A stretch of 61,324 bases of DNA, filler included, from Globobulimina sp. (GCA_003354225.1; 13 parts of 13 records of this genome joined end to end with filler, not necessarily neighbours in it), one strand, 5' to 3'. Positions 23,655-36,956 are shown, numbered from the whole stretch's first letter. Notes: a model not told the origin generated them from the letters alone. Program-made: numbers and translations.

Positions 23655-26600
23655 TTGTTGCCTAGGTTGCGGCCACCAAACTTCTGCTCATCCAAATACT
23701 TATTAGTACTGATGCCCTTTTCTAAAATAGCAATAACTCGCTCGCATAACACGTCCATCGAGGTGCCCTTGTCCTGCTTGCCTTGGATCACACCCACTTT
23801 CCCTTTGATGTGTATAGCGTGCGATAATACCCTCGGAAACACCCATTGCAACTCATTCAGCACTAAAATCGCATTCTTTTGCCACAAAATATTGTCGCTT
23901 TGCATCAAATGCACCAAATAAATGGTCAGAGAGCGATGCATGGATCGAAATTCAGTACAAAAGTCATCGTAAGACATACTAGTCTGAAACGAGTATTTGC
24001 ACGCTTCCAATTTGCTTAATTCCGCCATAAATAACGCCTTTTTCTCGCGATATTTCTCTAAAATCAACATAAAATCGCACAGAAACCGCCCCACTCTCCG
24101 CGATTCGGAGTACGTCGACGAGGATAAGATCTGATTAAAATTTCGTAAAAATTCATGTAAAAAATGAATCAAATAAAATCCCGGCACATTGTTATTAATC
24201 AATAACTCGATGAACTTTGCCGCATATTTCGCATCGATGTCAGAGGTAGTAATCCGTGGTAAAATACATTTAAATAAAAATACATCAAAATCCTCCCGAC
24301 CCTGTCCATCGGCACAAAACCATTCGTTTTTATGATATTTATTCGATTTGAATATAATGTCAATGGTTTTATTGACACTCTTCATCTGTTCTTCCTTATC
24401 TTTTTTCAATTCATTGCCAATCTCCACACAATTTTTCTTATCCTTCTTCATTTTACGTAGTTTCTCATACAAATCGTCATCATTATCATACGACTGCTTA
24501 TATTTATTAATCTTAATATCTTTCTCGTACTTTTTATATAAATCCTGCTGTCGTGCTATCTCTTTGTCGTATTCCGCCGCCGGGATAAATATATCGCATA
24601 CATCCAGCGACCAAAATATCGCGTAAAACCCCGCCGAAATGCCGGTAATAGCTCCATTCAACGCCAATGTCTCAGAAACCTCCTCGATATCAAACACAAT
24701 CTCTTTCCGAAACAACCGCAATAACATAAACGCGTAATTCGGCTTCATTTTGTATTCCAAAATCAGCTCTTTTAGGCTCGGATATTGCGCATATAACTCT
24801 TGCTTATACCGCGTGAAAATATAATTCTTCATAAATAGAAATAACTGCACAAACATATCGTTTGTAAGGTCGATTTGTGTGGGGATAATGTCGAATATTT
24901 GATTGCTGGCAATCTCGTTTGGGTTATAATCATAACTCAAACTCCGATGTACATTGTTCAACAAAATAAAGATCGGCATCAACATCTGATTGTTGATCAA
25001 TGTCTTGCTGATTTTGCGGATAATTTTACTTTTCCGACTGCTAAAATAATGCGAATATTTATTATCCAACTGCAGCACCACTTGTTTTAGCAACTCGCTG
25101 CCCGCCAAACACGACAACTGTTTGTATGTAATCACTTCGCCAAACGCCTCGATCTGCGTTAATTTCATAATGATACTCTTGAATATCAACAAATGATCGC
25201 AGTGACCCACACATAATTTATTAATCACATACTGCAAAATGGGCAATATATCACAGTCCAAAAACTGCTTAAAAAAATGCCCCGTAATATCGCACAACGC
25301 ACGAAACCAATCTTGGTAATACGTATCGCGCCGGATCTTCTGCGGGAATTTCTTATTATTCTCGCATTGGCACAAAATCTGCCAAATCAGCACATCGCGG
25401 TCCAAGTTGGTCAAATGGCGGAAGCCGTCCACCACGGTGCTCACGTTGCCGCTGTACGACTGCAACTGTTTAAGCACCAAATCAAACACCAACACCGGCT
25501 GCGAGTTGATGTACCGCGCAAACATTCGTCCCAATTTCAGGTTTTTCTCATTGTTCTCGTCCACGTGATAGCGCCGCAATAAGTACTTGGTGTCTTTGAT
25601 GGCGTCCTCGCGTTGGCATAGCAGCTCGCAATACGAGGAATAAATGACGTCTTTCCAATGCGAGTAGAACTTGAACCGGATTACGAAGTTGAATCTGGAT
25701 AATAAGTTCCATAAATCGCAGCTTAGACCGCTGTTGTTGTCGATGAGCGAGTACGACGCCAACAAGTTATAAATGATATTTTCGATCAGGTCGTCGCGTG
25801 GATGGTCCGCTTGGTCCATGGCATGGCATAATATGCGGCAGATCTTGCCGTATAGTATGGGCCTGCGGTATAGGTAGACGTTGATGTGGGAGATGATGGG
25901 CGCGATGATGTCGCATAAGGTGGATAAGGAAGGCATAGTTAGCGAGGGATCTAAGGGCGCGAAGGGTGAGGGGAGTGGAGCTGTGTCGTTGTTGGGCGAT
26001 AATATCATCCATATACTGCAATATTTGTTGTACAACGGCGTGATTATAGACTCTAACAAGTCCATTAAGGCCCAATTGATGAAGTGTTTGCTTTCGCATT
26101 TAATGTCCGATAAAATGTGCAGCAGCTTTTCAACGTTGGTCCAGTCGCCGCATTGTATCATATTTAGTAACAATTGGAAGATTTGCGAGGATTTGTGACT
26201 GGTGTGATATTCGCCGCGTTTTTTGTATAATATTTCTTCTTTTTTTAGCCTGGCTTCTTTTTGCTCGACTTTGTCGTTTAAATTTATGAAATTGATCAAC
26301 GTGGCGCGTTCTTTTTCGTTTTGCTCGAATTGCTTTCGCCATTTCTTGTGTTTTTGGATCAGATTACACTCAAAATGCGGCAATAAATCCGATAATGATA
26401 TGATATTATAATGGATCAAATGCGTTGTTAATATGTAGAGCGATTTCGGGGTTTGTTTGTTTCTCTGATTTGCAGCCTGATAATGTTTGAATTTAAAGCC
26501 TAAAATGGTGACAATATTAGACGGGATAAAATTGCGTAATATTTGTAATAATACGGCATTCGACGCATCATATTCCAATCCATGCAGTAATATATCGATC

Positions 26601-27556
26601 ACTCTTCACATATATACAGAAATAAAACCAAAAATAAGTATAAAATATCAAATGTTTGTGTAATTATATAACAATATCAGCGCAAGGATATAGTATAAGG
26701 CCACAATGAATACATTTGTTTTTGCAGATTTTAAGTGAGGTTCATACCGATTTGGATCCAGTTTAAACTGCCCGATTAGTTGAAATATTTTACTTTGTAA
26801 GCGGTTATCCGTGGCATCCAATGCATCCTTTTCATGCTGCTTCATATCCACATCTTGCTCGTCCTTGTCATTTTGCTGTATTTTGTGCTCCATTCGCGTG
26901 CTTTGTAGGTGTTCCCCGATGGCGGTGATCAATTTGGCAAAACCCTCAGATTCTTCAATTAATAAATTGAACTTATTTTGGACGTAATACAATCGGGTTT
27001 TGCGGCGCCGATCCAATGTGGAGATGGGGTCAATGTCCTTGGTTTTGGGGAGTTTGAGTTTGGTGAATAAGGACAAGGAATGGCAGGCTTCCGCATTCAA
27101 TTCGCGTTTCAATAAAGTTGGCTCGATCAATGGCGACAGGTTTAACACCAAAGACTCGTATTTTTGGCGATAGACAGCATACTCTGTTCGGGTCTTGCTT
27201 TTGCGGTTGGTTTTGAAGAGCTTGATTTTGGCCCAGTGCAAGGATAAAAGATTTAGAATTAATAATTGACAGTGGGTTGATATGTCCACTTGCAATGAAT
27301 TGATTAACACAAAGGCATTTATGCTAAAATTATTCCATAGTAAGTAGGCACTGAAGATATTGTTGAATAAGTCGTGTAAATTGGAGTGGGATATGAAGTT
27401 TTGATTTTCGGTGTGTTTGAGGATTGCGGTTCGTAATTCATCACATAAAACTTTTAAATTTCCATGCAAGGCGTTGCTGTTTAAAGCTCCCCAATCGTAT
27501 TTGGAAAATTCTTTTTCGTTGAATGTGGTGCGAAAAGGCGCTGATTTGCTTGACAT
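23655..27556 (-). CDS. THOC2: THO complex subunit 2; intron 26604-26747; 3' truncated
   Basis: TRLYYVQNKFNLLIEESEGFAKLI, LIGQFKLDPNRVIDILL, ILGFKF, FYAIFWSL..DIFIP and CILPR. A 144-nt GT-AG intron keeps the frame. Confidence 0.93.
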
Positions 27557-28381
27557 GGTTTTTGTGTGATGTCAGAAAGAGTTTTTTTATTGATGAAAAA
27601 ATAATAATTAAAAGAGGCAGAATATTAAATTGTGCAGAATCTGAACATTAATTCATAAAAATTCGTGCGATTTGTTTGTAGAGTACAAACAAACGAACAG
27701 TCGAACACAAAATATAAAATCCAGGAAAAAAAGATAAGCAAAAACAAACAAAAAAATTAAACAATAAAGAAAAACAACTGAAGCAAACCAAAACATAGTC
27801 AAACATATGAAAGAAACAATGGTCAAATGATTATATTAATATTCTTATATAATTTGGTGCGATTGATATGATTTTTAAACAGCATCTTATTGTATATAAT
27901 CAAATATTCATCCAACAATACATTGTTTCTTTGCTTTTGCTCAATCAATACAACAACAAAAAAACTATATTATATTTACATTTTTGCTGGAACAAAATGC
28001 GTTAATTTTTTAAATATTTTATTATTCAACAAAACTACTCTTAGAAGAACAAAAGCACACAGAACAACAAAAAAAAAAGTGTAAAATACTAATAGTATAA
28101 AAAATATATATTATATATGTTATATATTAGGAAATACATTCACATATTTTCTGTTAACAAAAGACAACACACACAAATATATAATTGTTGACCTATAAAA
28201 TTTTATATCCACAATTTCCTATAAAATGTATAATGGGATAATATCTAACATTTTTTTCAACAGATAATGTTCTTCTAATTTNNNNNNNNNNNNNNNNNNN
28301 NNNNNNNNNNNNNNNNNNNNNNNNNTTAATTAATTAANNNNNNNNNNNNNNNNNNNNNNNNNNNNNNNNNNNNNNNNNNNN

Positions 28382-28500
28382 TCTTATTATATTATCAACG
28401 ATTTAATCACAAATAAGTCTTATTTCCCCTACGTTGCCTTCAATTTCTTCAATCAGCACAACAATTTGCACAATTTTGATTTTGCTATTTATTACAAGTT
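28382..28500 (+). repeat. 119-bp exact terminal direct repeat (left copy); contig circularisation overlap
   Basis: Identical to 32888-33006. Confidence 0.97.
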
Positions 28501-28609
28501 GAACTATGATCAGAATAACGGCAAGAATGGCTATCACAAAAATGGACAGCTACGGACACAGAAAACGAAAACGCAACATTGCTCAGAATGTAAAACGAAT
28601 TTTGTATAA
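28501..28609 (+). CDS. 3' end of the 31751 ORF, read across the circular junction
   Basis: The frame continues YYKL-NYDQNNGKNGYHKNGQLRTQKTKTQHCSECKTNFV to TAA at 28607-28609. Confidence 0.65.
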
Positions 28610-28842
28610 TAATGTAGCTCAAAAAGAGCCTCCAGTTAACTGGTGATTTGGGTTTAAATCCCAACATTTATTTTTTTGGTTTAGACTATAAATAATCTGT
28701 TCAAAATTTGTTTTTGTTTTGTTTGTATTTTTGTGTTTGTTTTCTACTTTCCCTTCAATTTTTTTTTGTTATGCGCAATTTATTTTATGGATTTTTCCAA
28801 TTTTTTGTAACATTTAGGGATTTTTAAACTGCTGAAGGTTGT

Positions 28843-28900
28843 GTTGGTGGTGGTGGTCTGGGTGGCGGGGGTCTGGGTGGTGGTGGGGATCGGGGTGTGT
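28843..28900 (-). repeat. Pro-rich low-complexity tract ((PPPPR)n-like)
   Basis: GGT/GGG-rich run that encodes PRSPPPPRPPPPRPPPP on the minus strand. Confidence 0.5.
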
Positions 28901-29102
28901 TGTGGCTGACAGTTGGTTGTGACTGGCGCGTAGAGACATGGTGTGACTGACTATTTGCTTGAATATGGCTAGCTTGCGTTTTTTTGACAACAATAAATAA
29001 CCGGTTACAAAAACAATACAATTAAAAAGCTAAAAAGATACAATACAATCTCAATCACCAATTATGAAAATTCTAAATCAGAAATGAAGTTTAAACTTTT
29101 AA

Positions 29103-29157
29103 TAGGGCTCTCCGAGAATGCTGAAAATTTTAAAAAACTTCTTGGTCACAGGAAATG
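29103..29157. repeat. Dispersed non-coding element copy 2, beginning TAGGGCTCTCCGA
   Basis: Colinear similarity to 1681-1740. Confidence 0.6.
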
Positions 29158-30335
29158 AGATGAGATGGATTTGAGCCCTTCCCTTAAGCAACATAATTTA
29201 AATATGTTTTTGTTGCGGTGACCATGCAGAAGACCACCATTAACATATATGTGCACCATAATCCTATATGTCAATGCCAACTCGCAATTGATATTTGGAA
29301 TGGTGATTTCGTTTTTGTATGATTTTGTGCAACAGATTTGTATTAAACAGGAAATGTAATGCTAATATTACTGGATAATAATAAAAATGAATACAAAATA
29401 AAATAGCGTCAATCATAAATGTACGTATTACGGCTTGGGTTGATATTATTTTACATTTTAATATAACAAATAATCTGATAAATGTTTACGTTCTGTTTCT
29501 AATGAATAGCTAAATAATAAATCTTTAAAACTTCAAGATGCCATGTTTTCCGTTTTTATGAAAAGATTTATTTAAGTAAAAAACTTACTTCATCTTCTCT
29601 CTCTTCTTTACTACTTCATTGATTGGATTTGGATTAGTCACGATATACATTTTGAAATTGGAATAATTTATAATTGGAATTGACCAAAAAATTTAATGCA
29701 TAAAAAAATGGATAAAACGTTTATCGGCATACTGGTCGCAACTAGATTAGAATTTTGGGTCATGCCTTTTCTTTTCTTTACAACTCAGTGCCTGACCGGT
29801 TTTTAATTCGGCTGAGGCTTCCTCGATAAGTATAACGTTTATTTCATTTTATTTTGTGTTATATTTTGCTTGTACATATTATCAATATATATATCTCATT
29901 TATTTTATACATTAATTAATCATATTTTTATCTGGATTTTAATTTCATTGTTGTTGTATATATTATGAATATATCAAATTATACATATTAATCATATTCA
30001 AATGGTTTTAATTTGTTTGTCATGGTTATGCGCTCGCTATATTTCGCAATGTTAAGTTTCTTTTTCTTTTTCTTTGTTATTTTCATTCCTTTAGTGTCGA
30101 CTGCCAAAAACTTTAAGCTTTAGCGACTCCGAAATGTCAGCTCAAATACTATCTATCCAAAGTACGGTTTGTTTTTTTTATGAATTTAATTTGGTCATTG
30201 AGTTTATTGAACGGCATTTGATTTATATTTTATACACATGAGACATTGTCGTCCGGTCCGAATTGGTTGAGAAAGAAGGAAGGTATTTTTTATACATTTG
30301 TGTGTGGTGTACATGTGTTTGTCTGTATAAAATAA

Positions 30336-31389
30336 GTGAATAAAATTGATATTGATAAATACAACGCTATTATTACGAAAACAAACGAATATATGAATGC
30401 ACGAATGGTCAAACAACTGAAATTCGAAGATGATGAATTGGGTTGGGATGACATTAAATATTTTGGTATCAGCCATCACGCTGCAATCACAAAGCTGCAC
30501 CTTCAAAGTTTGTCATTTTACACAGATTGCAGTGAGTCAGCAACCGCATTCAGTAAAACATTCCGCAGAATCACAGTGAGTGAAACATTACAGAGCGTAA
30601 AAGAAAGGAATAGAAGCTATTGGTGGCTGAGTAAGCTACTCATTGAAGCAGTGAATTGTTTTGGTAGTAACAACTGGGAAAACAGCGACGGTGACAGAGT
30701 AAAAGGGCCATTCTTCTGTGGCATGAGTATGGTGATGGAAGTGCCTTCATTTATGATTAGATTATGTGGGCCAACATCCACCACCTCACAAATTTGCATT
30801 GCTGGTAATTTTGCGGCTGGTAATGGCATCATATTGGAACTGGATAATGTCAGTTGTCTCGCTGTGAGGCTGTTGCGCGTATTTAGTGTGGCCTGGCTCT
30901 CTCGTTACAAATTAAGCAGAGTCCGAGTGTTTGTTCATCGGTGGACAGTGGCCAATTGAGATCAAATCAATACGACTGACTCAGACATGTGATAATTATG
31001 CGGATTTCTTCCATTGTTTATCAAAATATGATGCCGCTATTAAAGGCGATGAGTGTGAGACTGTAAAAGGATTTGGCAAAACAGATGCAAAAATAATTGG
31101 CTTATTAGGCAAAAAAGATAAAACATTGCCAAAATATATTGTGGATACCTGGAATATGTTTACATTCCATAAAACGACACTTATCATCAATTTGTTGTTT
31201 GTTATCGAATATTATCCGCCTTATTTACGGGATTTGATCGTGGTGGCAACAGATAAAAATGGCGCCGTTAAAGTTTGCGATGAGGATAATGTGTCGTATG
31301 TAGATATTACTGATAATAGGAATTTAGTGAATGGTGCGGTGGCTCCACGTCGTATCAATTTGGTTTGTGTGTGTTGTTGGATCTGTTGA
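30336..31389 (+). pseudogene. ADP-ribosyltransferase-like family gene, frameshifted by a 4-nt TTAA insertion (30912-30915) and apparently truncated
   Basis: PFFCGM...GPTSTT...FA..NGIILEL...WLSRYK[TTAA]AESECLFIGG gives STS-like and ExE motifs once 4 nt are removed. Confidence 0.65.
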
Positions 31390-31750
31390 GTTCCCTACAG
31401 TCAAAAAATCAAATAAAATGCTCATTATATGGCGGATGGGAGGATGGAGGGAGGGGAAATAAAAGGAGCTGGCTCTATTATGTATATTCATTGATTTCCG
31501 ACTCATTAAGTATTAAATATAAAACAGTTAAAACGTCGATCAATAAAAGAGTCAAAAGATAATAATGGTTACCGACGAGATTTATTAATATTTGAAATTT
31601 AATAACAATTTCTTAATTAATATTTCTTGATGTACATTCTTTAGAACATTTTTGTATACAATTTTATTGTAGTGTTTCTTGGTAGTTCTTTGGCTACACA
31701 TTATTTTTCTGAATTACAAAAAAAAACAAAATAAAAAAATAAATGATAAT

Positions 31751-33006
31751 ATGGCAATGTTTCCATCACCACAAAACTTTTCACTCAAAAACATTTTTAT
31801 CTATATGCAATCCATGCAACTGCTTAATGTTCACCGAATAGATGAAAAAACGAATTCGAACAATGATTTTACAATTGGCGGCTTCAAATCTCCACAACGA
31901 GTGCAATGGATCAACGGCAGAGGCAAATCACTGAAACTCTCCACAGTTTTAGACCTGATGAGTACTGACGACCCACCGCGTATTCTTGAAATTGCAGTCT
32001 CATGGAACGAAATCTATCAAAGAACCACAATCCTAAATATAATTAAAAACATCCATCATCAATATTGCACCTTCGACCCTCAACACCATGCTCCGGTACA
32101 CATAGACATCTCCTCCGACGACAATGACAATGACTGCGACGATGACGACAAAAAAATAGAGATCGAAAATCTAAATCTATTTAAAACACAGCCAATGTCT
32201 CTAATGCCAGCCCCATTGCCGCCCGATTTGCAGCCGAGTATATCTGCGCCGTCACCGAGCTACAAACAGTGCCTACAAATCTATGATCACATTCCCATTA
32301 TAAACGACCACATCCCCAAAACCAGCAGCAGCGCCAAACCAAAACCAGACAAAAAACGACCTAAAAACGATGTGGACGGCAAGCGAAATATCGGCAATAT
32401 CCCCAAAAAGATAGACCTGCAAAAACAGAAAACATTGACCCGAATCGGACAATGTCTGGCCTTGGAAGAGTTGTTCGCCATTTTATGCTGGCAAAGCTGC
32501 AGCAATTTAGCTATAAAGATCCAATTTGCGGACATTGTCACCATCCAAAACTCCACACAGTTGATCTTGAAATATCAGTCGCATTTCAAATTGGATCTGT
32601 CCTCGATTTGGTATCACGGCATATTCTTACACGAATTCCCAATGGCTCGCAGTCTGAAACATGTATTCAGTACGCTACAATCGAATAAATTGTCTTTTCA
32701 TGATTTCACGCATAATATCTGCAAAGTGCCCGCATTGACGTATTCGTTGTCGTGGCCCACCAACAATATGAATGCGGTTAAATCGCCGCCTTCGTTGAAG
32801 TTGTGTCTCTCGTCGATATTATCAGAGATATCCATCGGCAATGAACACGACATCATCATTCATTTCCCCATTCAGTACATCTATGACTCTTATTATATTA
32901 TCAACGATTTAATCACAAATAAGTCTTATTTCCCCTACGTTGCCTTCAATTTCTTCAATCAGCACAACAATTTGCACAATTTTGATTTTGCTATTTATTA
33001 CAAGTT
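31751..33006 (+). CDS. Hypothetical protein (~454 aa including the part across the circular junction)
   Basis: Long stop-free ORF running through the terminal repeat. No domain recognised. Confidence 0.65.
32888..33006 (+). repeat. 119-bp exact terminal direct repeat (right copy)
   Basis: Identical to 28382-28500. Confidence 0.97.
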
Positions 33007-33220
33007 NNNNNNNNNNNNNNNNNNNNNNNNNNNNNNNNNNNNNNNNNNNNTTAATTAATTAANNNNNNNNNNNNNNNNNNNNNNNNNNNNNNNNNNNNNN
33101 NNNNNNATTTAACAAACTCAACAACGAAGGACATATATATGTACATATGACAAAATAAAAACGATTCGTCAATGCAAACTTAAAGAAAAAACGTTTGCAT
33201 CTTCTACGTGATTCTGAACA

Positions 33221-34167
33221 TTAACTCGATGGCGTGTTCGTTGGATATTTTGTAGGTGATATAGATGGATAATTCGATGGATAATTCGATGGATTTGTGG
33301 TAGGTACAAATGTTGGATTTTTGGTGGGTAATACTGATGGTTGAGGTGTAAACGTTGGGTTTGTTGGATTGTTTGTAGGTGATAATGATGGATTTATTGG
33401 ATTGTTTGTAGGTGATACGAATGGATTTGTTGTGGGTGCAACTGATGGATGGATTGGATTTTTTGTAGGTGATAACGAAGGATTTGTTGTGGGTGCAACT
33501 GTTGGATGGATTGGATTTTTTGTAGGCGACGGTGATGGATAATTAGATGGATTATTAGACGGATTTTGTGTAGGTGCAAGTGTGGAATAGGTTGGATAAT
33601 TTGTAGTAAATGTAGGTGATATTGAGCTTACTGTTGGTGAAGATGTAGAAACAGCAAAAGGTGGCGGGATATAAGCAGATGTGCAATATTCTGTAGCTGT
33701 ACATAATAAACTTGTAGCAGACGGCGCAAACACTTTTGTAGTCTCACAACTTGTACTTTGTACACATGATATGGTGCATACAGCAGTTCCACAATGGATT
33801 TGAGTATTTCCTTTGCATGCACCGATACCCACACAGTTAACAGTTACATCCGTAGCTGCAGACGCATCAATAAATGCAATTCCCTCGCATGAGTTTTCAC
33901 CAATACAATTAACCGTGCATGGGTCGCCTGATCTGCATGTTAACGTACTGTCTTTACAGCTATCCTTAGCATCGCAACTAAAGTTGTATTACACAAATTT
34001 TTTATTTGAATAGATACTAATTTAATATTAGTGTAACCAAACTTTAATGTGCATGCTACGCCTTCAGGAGAACTTGGACAATTACAACTGCCACTACAAG
34101 ACACAATTTGAGTGTTTGCACGGTAAATAGCAACGAAAACGCAGAGTGTTATGAATTTTGAAGCCAT
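33221..34167 (-). CDS. Secreted/surface protein with signal peptide, Cys-rich repeats and a PT-rich mucin-like stalk; intron 33978-34042
   Basis: MASKFITLCVFVAIY signal; periodic C....SC repeats after a 65-nt intron; (PTxxP)n repeats at 33230-33630. Confidence 0.8.
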
Positions 34168-34254
34168 TGATGATTAATTAAATGCTTTTACTAGGTTTTC
34201 TACTAAAAAACCAGTTTATCAGAATTAAATGGAAATTATCAATTTTTGCAAGAT

Positions 34255-35181
34255 TTACGTCCAAAGGTAATCTACGAAGGTTGAATGCTGTCCAAAGTCA
34301 TATAAATGAAAGCCAGAGATATGCTCAATTTCCACAGCATTCATAAAACTAGAAACACTAAAAAAAGCTTCATAATCGTCATCATGCTGCAACAATCTGG
34401 CAATAGACATTGACAATTCCGAGACTTGACATTTTCTGCAATATTTCAACATTTCCATTCTTTTGCAAAATGGTACACCGATTATTATCTTATTTATCAA
34501 CTGATGGTTTCTTAATTTTTCACAAAACATATTGATGGCATTTGTATGCAGACATAATTGAGTTATTACATTGATATCCTCCATTCCTGATTTATATGCT
34601 AACATCACCTTATTTTGCAATGCTCGCAAACTATGTTGCTCTGTAATTGATGCATTATCATCCAAATTGCCTTCAGGATATCCAGCAAAATATATTTTAT
34701 GTATGCCATGATGTTGCAATATTTGGGACATAAAAAACGAATCATAATCTATTTCAGATGGTTGTTCCTTGCAATACGGACCACCAACAATTAATACTGA
34801 CTGTATACAGCAATCTAAGTTGGAATTCGAATTTGAGGCAATTTGATTTTTGCAGCTATCCATGAAATGATTTATGTCATCAATATTGAAGAATCTACGC
34901 AATGCGATAGCTGGTGTTATAGTATAAGCACTTGGTGACTGATGCAGTTTTAGTCGATCAGCAATATTTGATATTGTAGACAAAACATCATTTCCCATCG
35001 AAGCGTATGGCTCGTTTTCAATGTAATTGTGTTGAGAGTATGCATCGAATGACGGTTTCATTGGAATAATTAGATTCTGGATTGAGGACATCTTAGATAT
35101 AAAATTGCCAAACTGTGTCAGTTTATAGCTATTGGCAGTATCGATTTCAATTGAAACTATTTTGCGCAATACTGAGGCCAT
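34255..35181 (-). CDS. Methylenetetrahydrofolate reductase-like protein (short, catalytic barrel only, divergent)
   Basis: SIEI, VLIVGG, FAGYPEG, LQNKV, VITQLC, IIIGVP and GFHLY occur in MetF order. Confidence 0.7.
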   Translation of the reverse strand: MASVLRKIVSIEIDTANSYKLTQFGNFISKMSSIQNLIIPMKPSFDAYSQHNYIENEPYASMGNDVLSTISNIADRLKLHQSPSAYTITPAIALRRFFNIDDINHFMDSCKNQIASNSNSNLDCCIQSVLIVGGPYCKEQPSEIDYDSFFMSQILQHHGIHKIYFAGYPEGNLDDNASITEQHSLRALQNKVMLAYKSGMEDINVITQLCLHTNAINMFCEKLRNHQLINKIIIGVPFCKRMEMLKYCRKCQVSELSMSIARLLQHDDDYEAFFSVSSFMNAVEIEHISGFHLYDFGQHSTFVDYLWT

Positions 35182-35344
35182 TGTAATTTGAAATAATCTT
35201 TTAATTCTTTTTATTCTGAAAACTTTGAAGTTCCAATAGACCTATAAAAAAGTTATAATAAACAGGACAGAAAATGTAATGCAAACACTATAATAGAAGA
35301 AAATAATATAACTCAATAATATGAAAAAATTCATTCGCCACAAA

Positions 35345-36799
35345 TTAATTTGTTTCCATTTGTTGATTAATAATCCCATTCCCATCATTATCTGTTGGTA
35401 GTTGTATTGACAATGGCTGTACATCCATAATATTTAAATCATCGCTATCCGTATTATAGTTACTTAAATTATTTATGTCATCAGTCGATAAAGAAAAGTA
35501 AAATCCATATTTATTATTATTGAAAAACGTTTTGTGATGAAAATACCATTCCTGATATAATTTTGCTATAACTCCGCCATAAACTAATGCCTTTGTGTGG
35601 TGATATTTTACTTTATTCTCATCAACAAATGCAACTGCAATATAATCTGCAACGTTTTCCAACATTTCCCCAACATCCCATGCTAAAATAATCACACCGA
35701 TACTGTTTTAAATTCATTTATTTTTGTTTTAACACATTTGGAATAACACAGTACAATGACTGCATACCTCAATATGATAAGGCCAATGAAAAACATTGTC
35801 CCTTGAAATGGTTCAATACTCTGCAGTTCCTGAAAATAAATAGCTCCAATGCATGATGATAATATTACTGACCATACCTCAAATATAGGTAATACAAATA
35901 CTGCGCCAAAGTACGCCAATCCGCGATTCCGATACAGCTCCATTAACAGCATAGTTGCAAAGTAAAATACTATCAATACATATGTTAAATAATCCGTTGC
36001 ATTGATTTCAAACTTTTCAGCACTTTCGATGGAGGAACCTAACATCAAATCCGTTTCAAAATATCGATTGACATAAATATTCCAATAAAGGTTTCAAACA
36101 GCACATGTATGAAAATCGACATTTTAAAATGCATTGATACTGTATACCTAATAAAGATATAATTGATTTGAGAAACATTTGTTGAATGGCTGCGAAATAA
36201 GCGGCAATAATGCAATATGAAAACAATAGATAATGTGCACCAAATGTTATGTATCGATTATTTGTTGATTTATAGTTTTTATATTCTGTATATTTAACAA
36301 AGATAATATTAATAATAATCGCCGCAGTGACAAATCCTACAAACAATATAAAAAATATATTGTTATAAAATGCAATCAATGAATGGATTGTCAGTGTGCC
36401 AGCAATATTTTCTAAATTTGGGCCAAACACAATTATCATAATGACACCAAAAAACATAATAATAACTGCCATAAAATCTTCAAATCTTATTTTTTCATTA
36501 AATAAACAATATGAAAATAATGTTATCCATACTAAACGTAATGACATCAACGGAATTAAGACGCATTGTGGACCAAAATTCAGTGATAATGCACTGAGTG
36601 CTGTGCCTAAACAAAATATAGCAATCCCTACTTTCCATGATAATTTTTTAGCGTACCATATATCAGAACCTTCATTTTCTTCTTGATTACAGTCGTAATG
36701 AGCTTTCTTTTGTGCTACATAACCAACTGATTGCACGATACCACCAACTAACACCAGTATCAACGCATTTGTAATGTCTGTAGGCACTGTGTCAGACAT
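35345..36799 (-). CDS. NIPA-family Mg2+ transporter; introns 36039-36147 and 35703-35767
   Basis: GYVAQKKAH, W..G, LNFGPQCVLIPL, VFGP and GAIYFQE. Two GT-AG introns join three ORFs in frame. Confidence 0.85.
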
Positions 36800-36956
36800 T
36801 CAAAAAAAAACGTTTTTATTGAGTAGTAAGTAGTTATTTTGTGGACTTTTGTTCGGAAAAAAAAAGGGAAAGAAAAAAGAAACATACAGCAAACTGTTTA
36901 AATAACAAATGATAAAATATGACAGCACACAACAACAATCCTATACAAACCAACAA

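Noticed and set aside
27557-28281. Short ORF 27890-28084 in an A-rich tract
   Set aside because: Low-complexity intergenic or UTR-like sequence with no coding signal.
28382-33006. CRESS virus or plasmid identity for the circular contig
   Set aside because: I could not see HUH Rep, SF3 helicase, capsid or polymerase motifs, and the content resembles host gene families. A profile search is needed to exclude this fully.
33230-33630. CRISPR-like or satellite repeat array
   Set aside because: The repeats are codon-phased and encode a PTxxP mucin-like stalk. There is no constant-repeat/unique-spacer structure and no cas gene.
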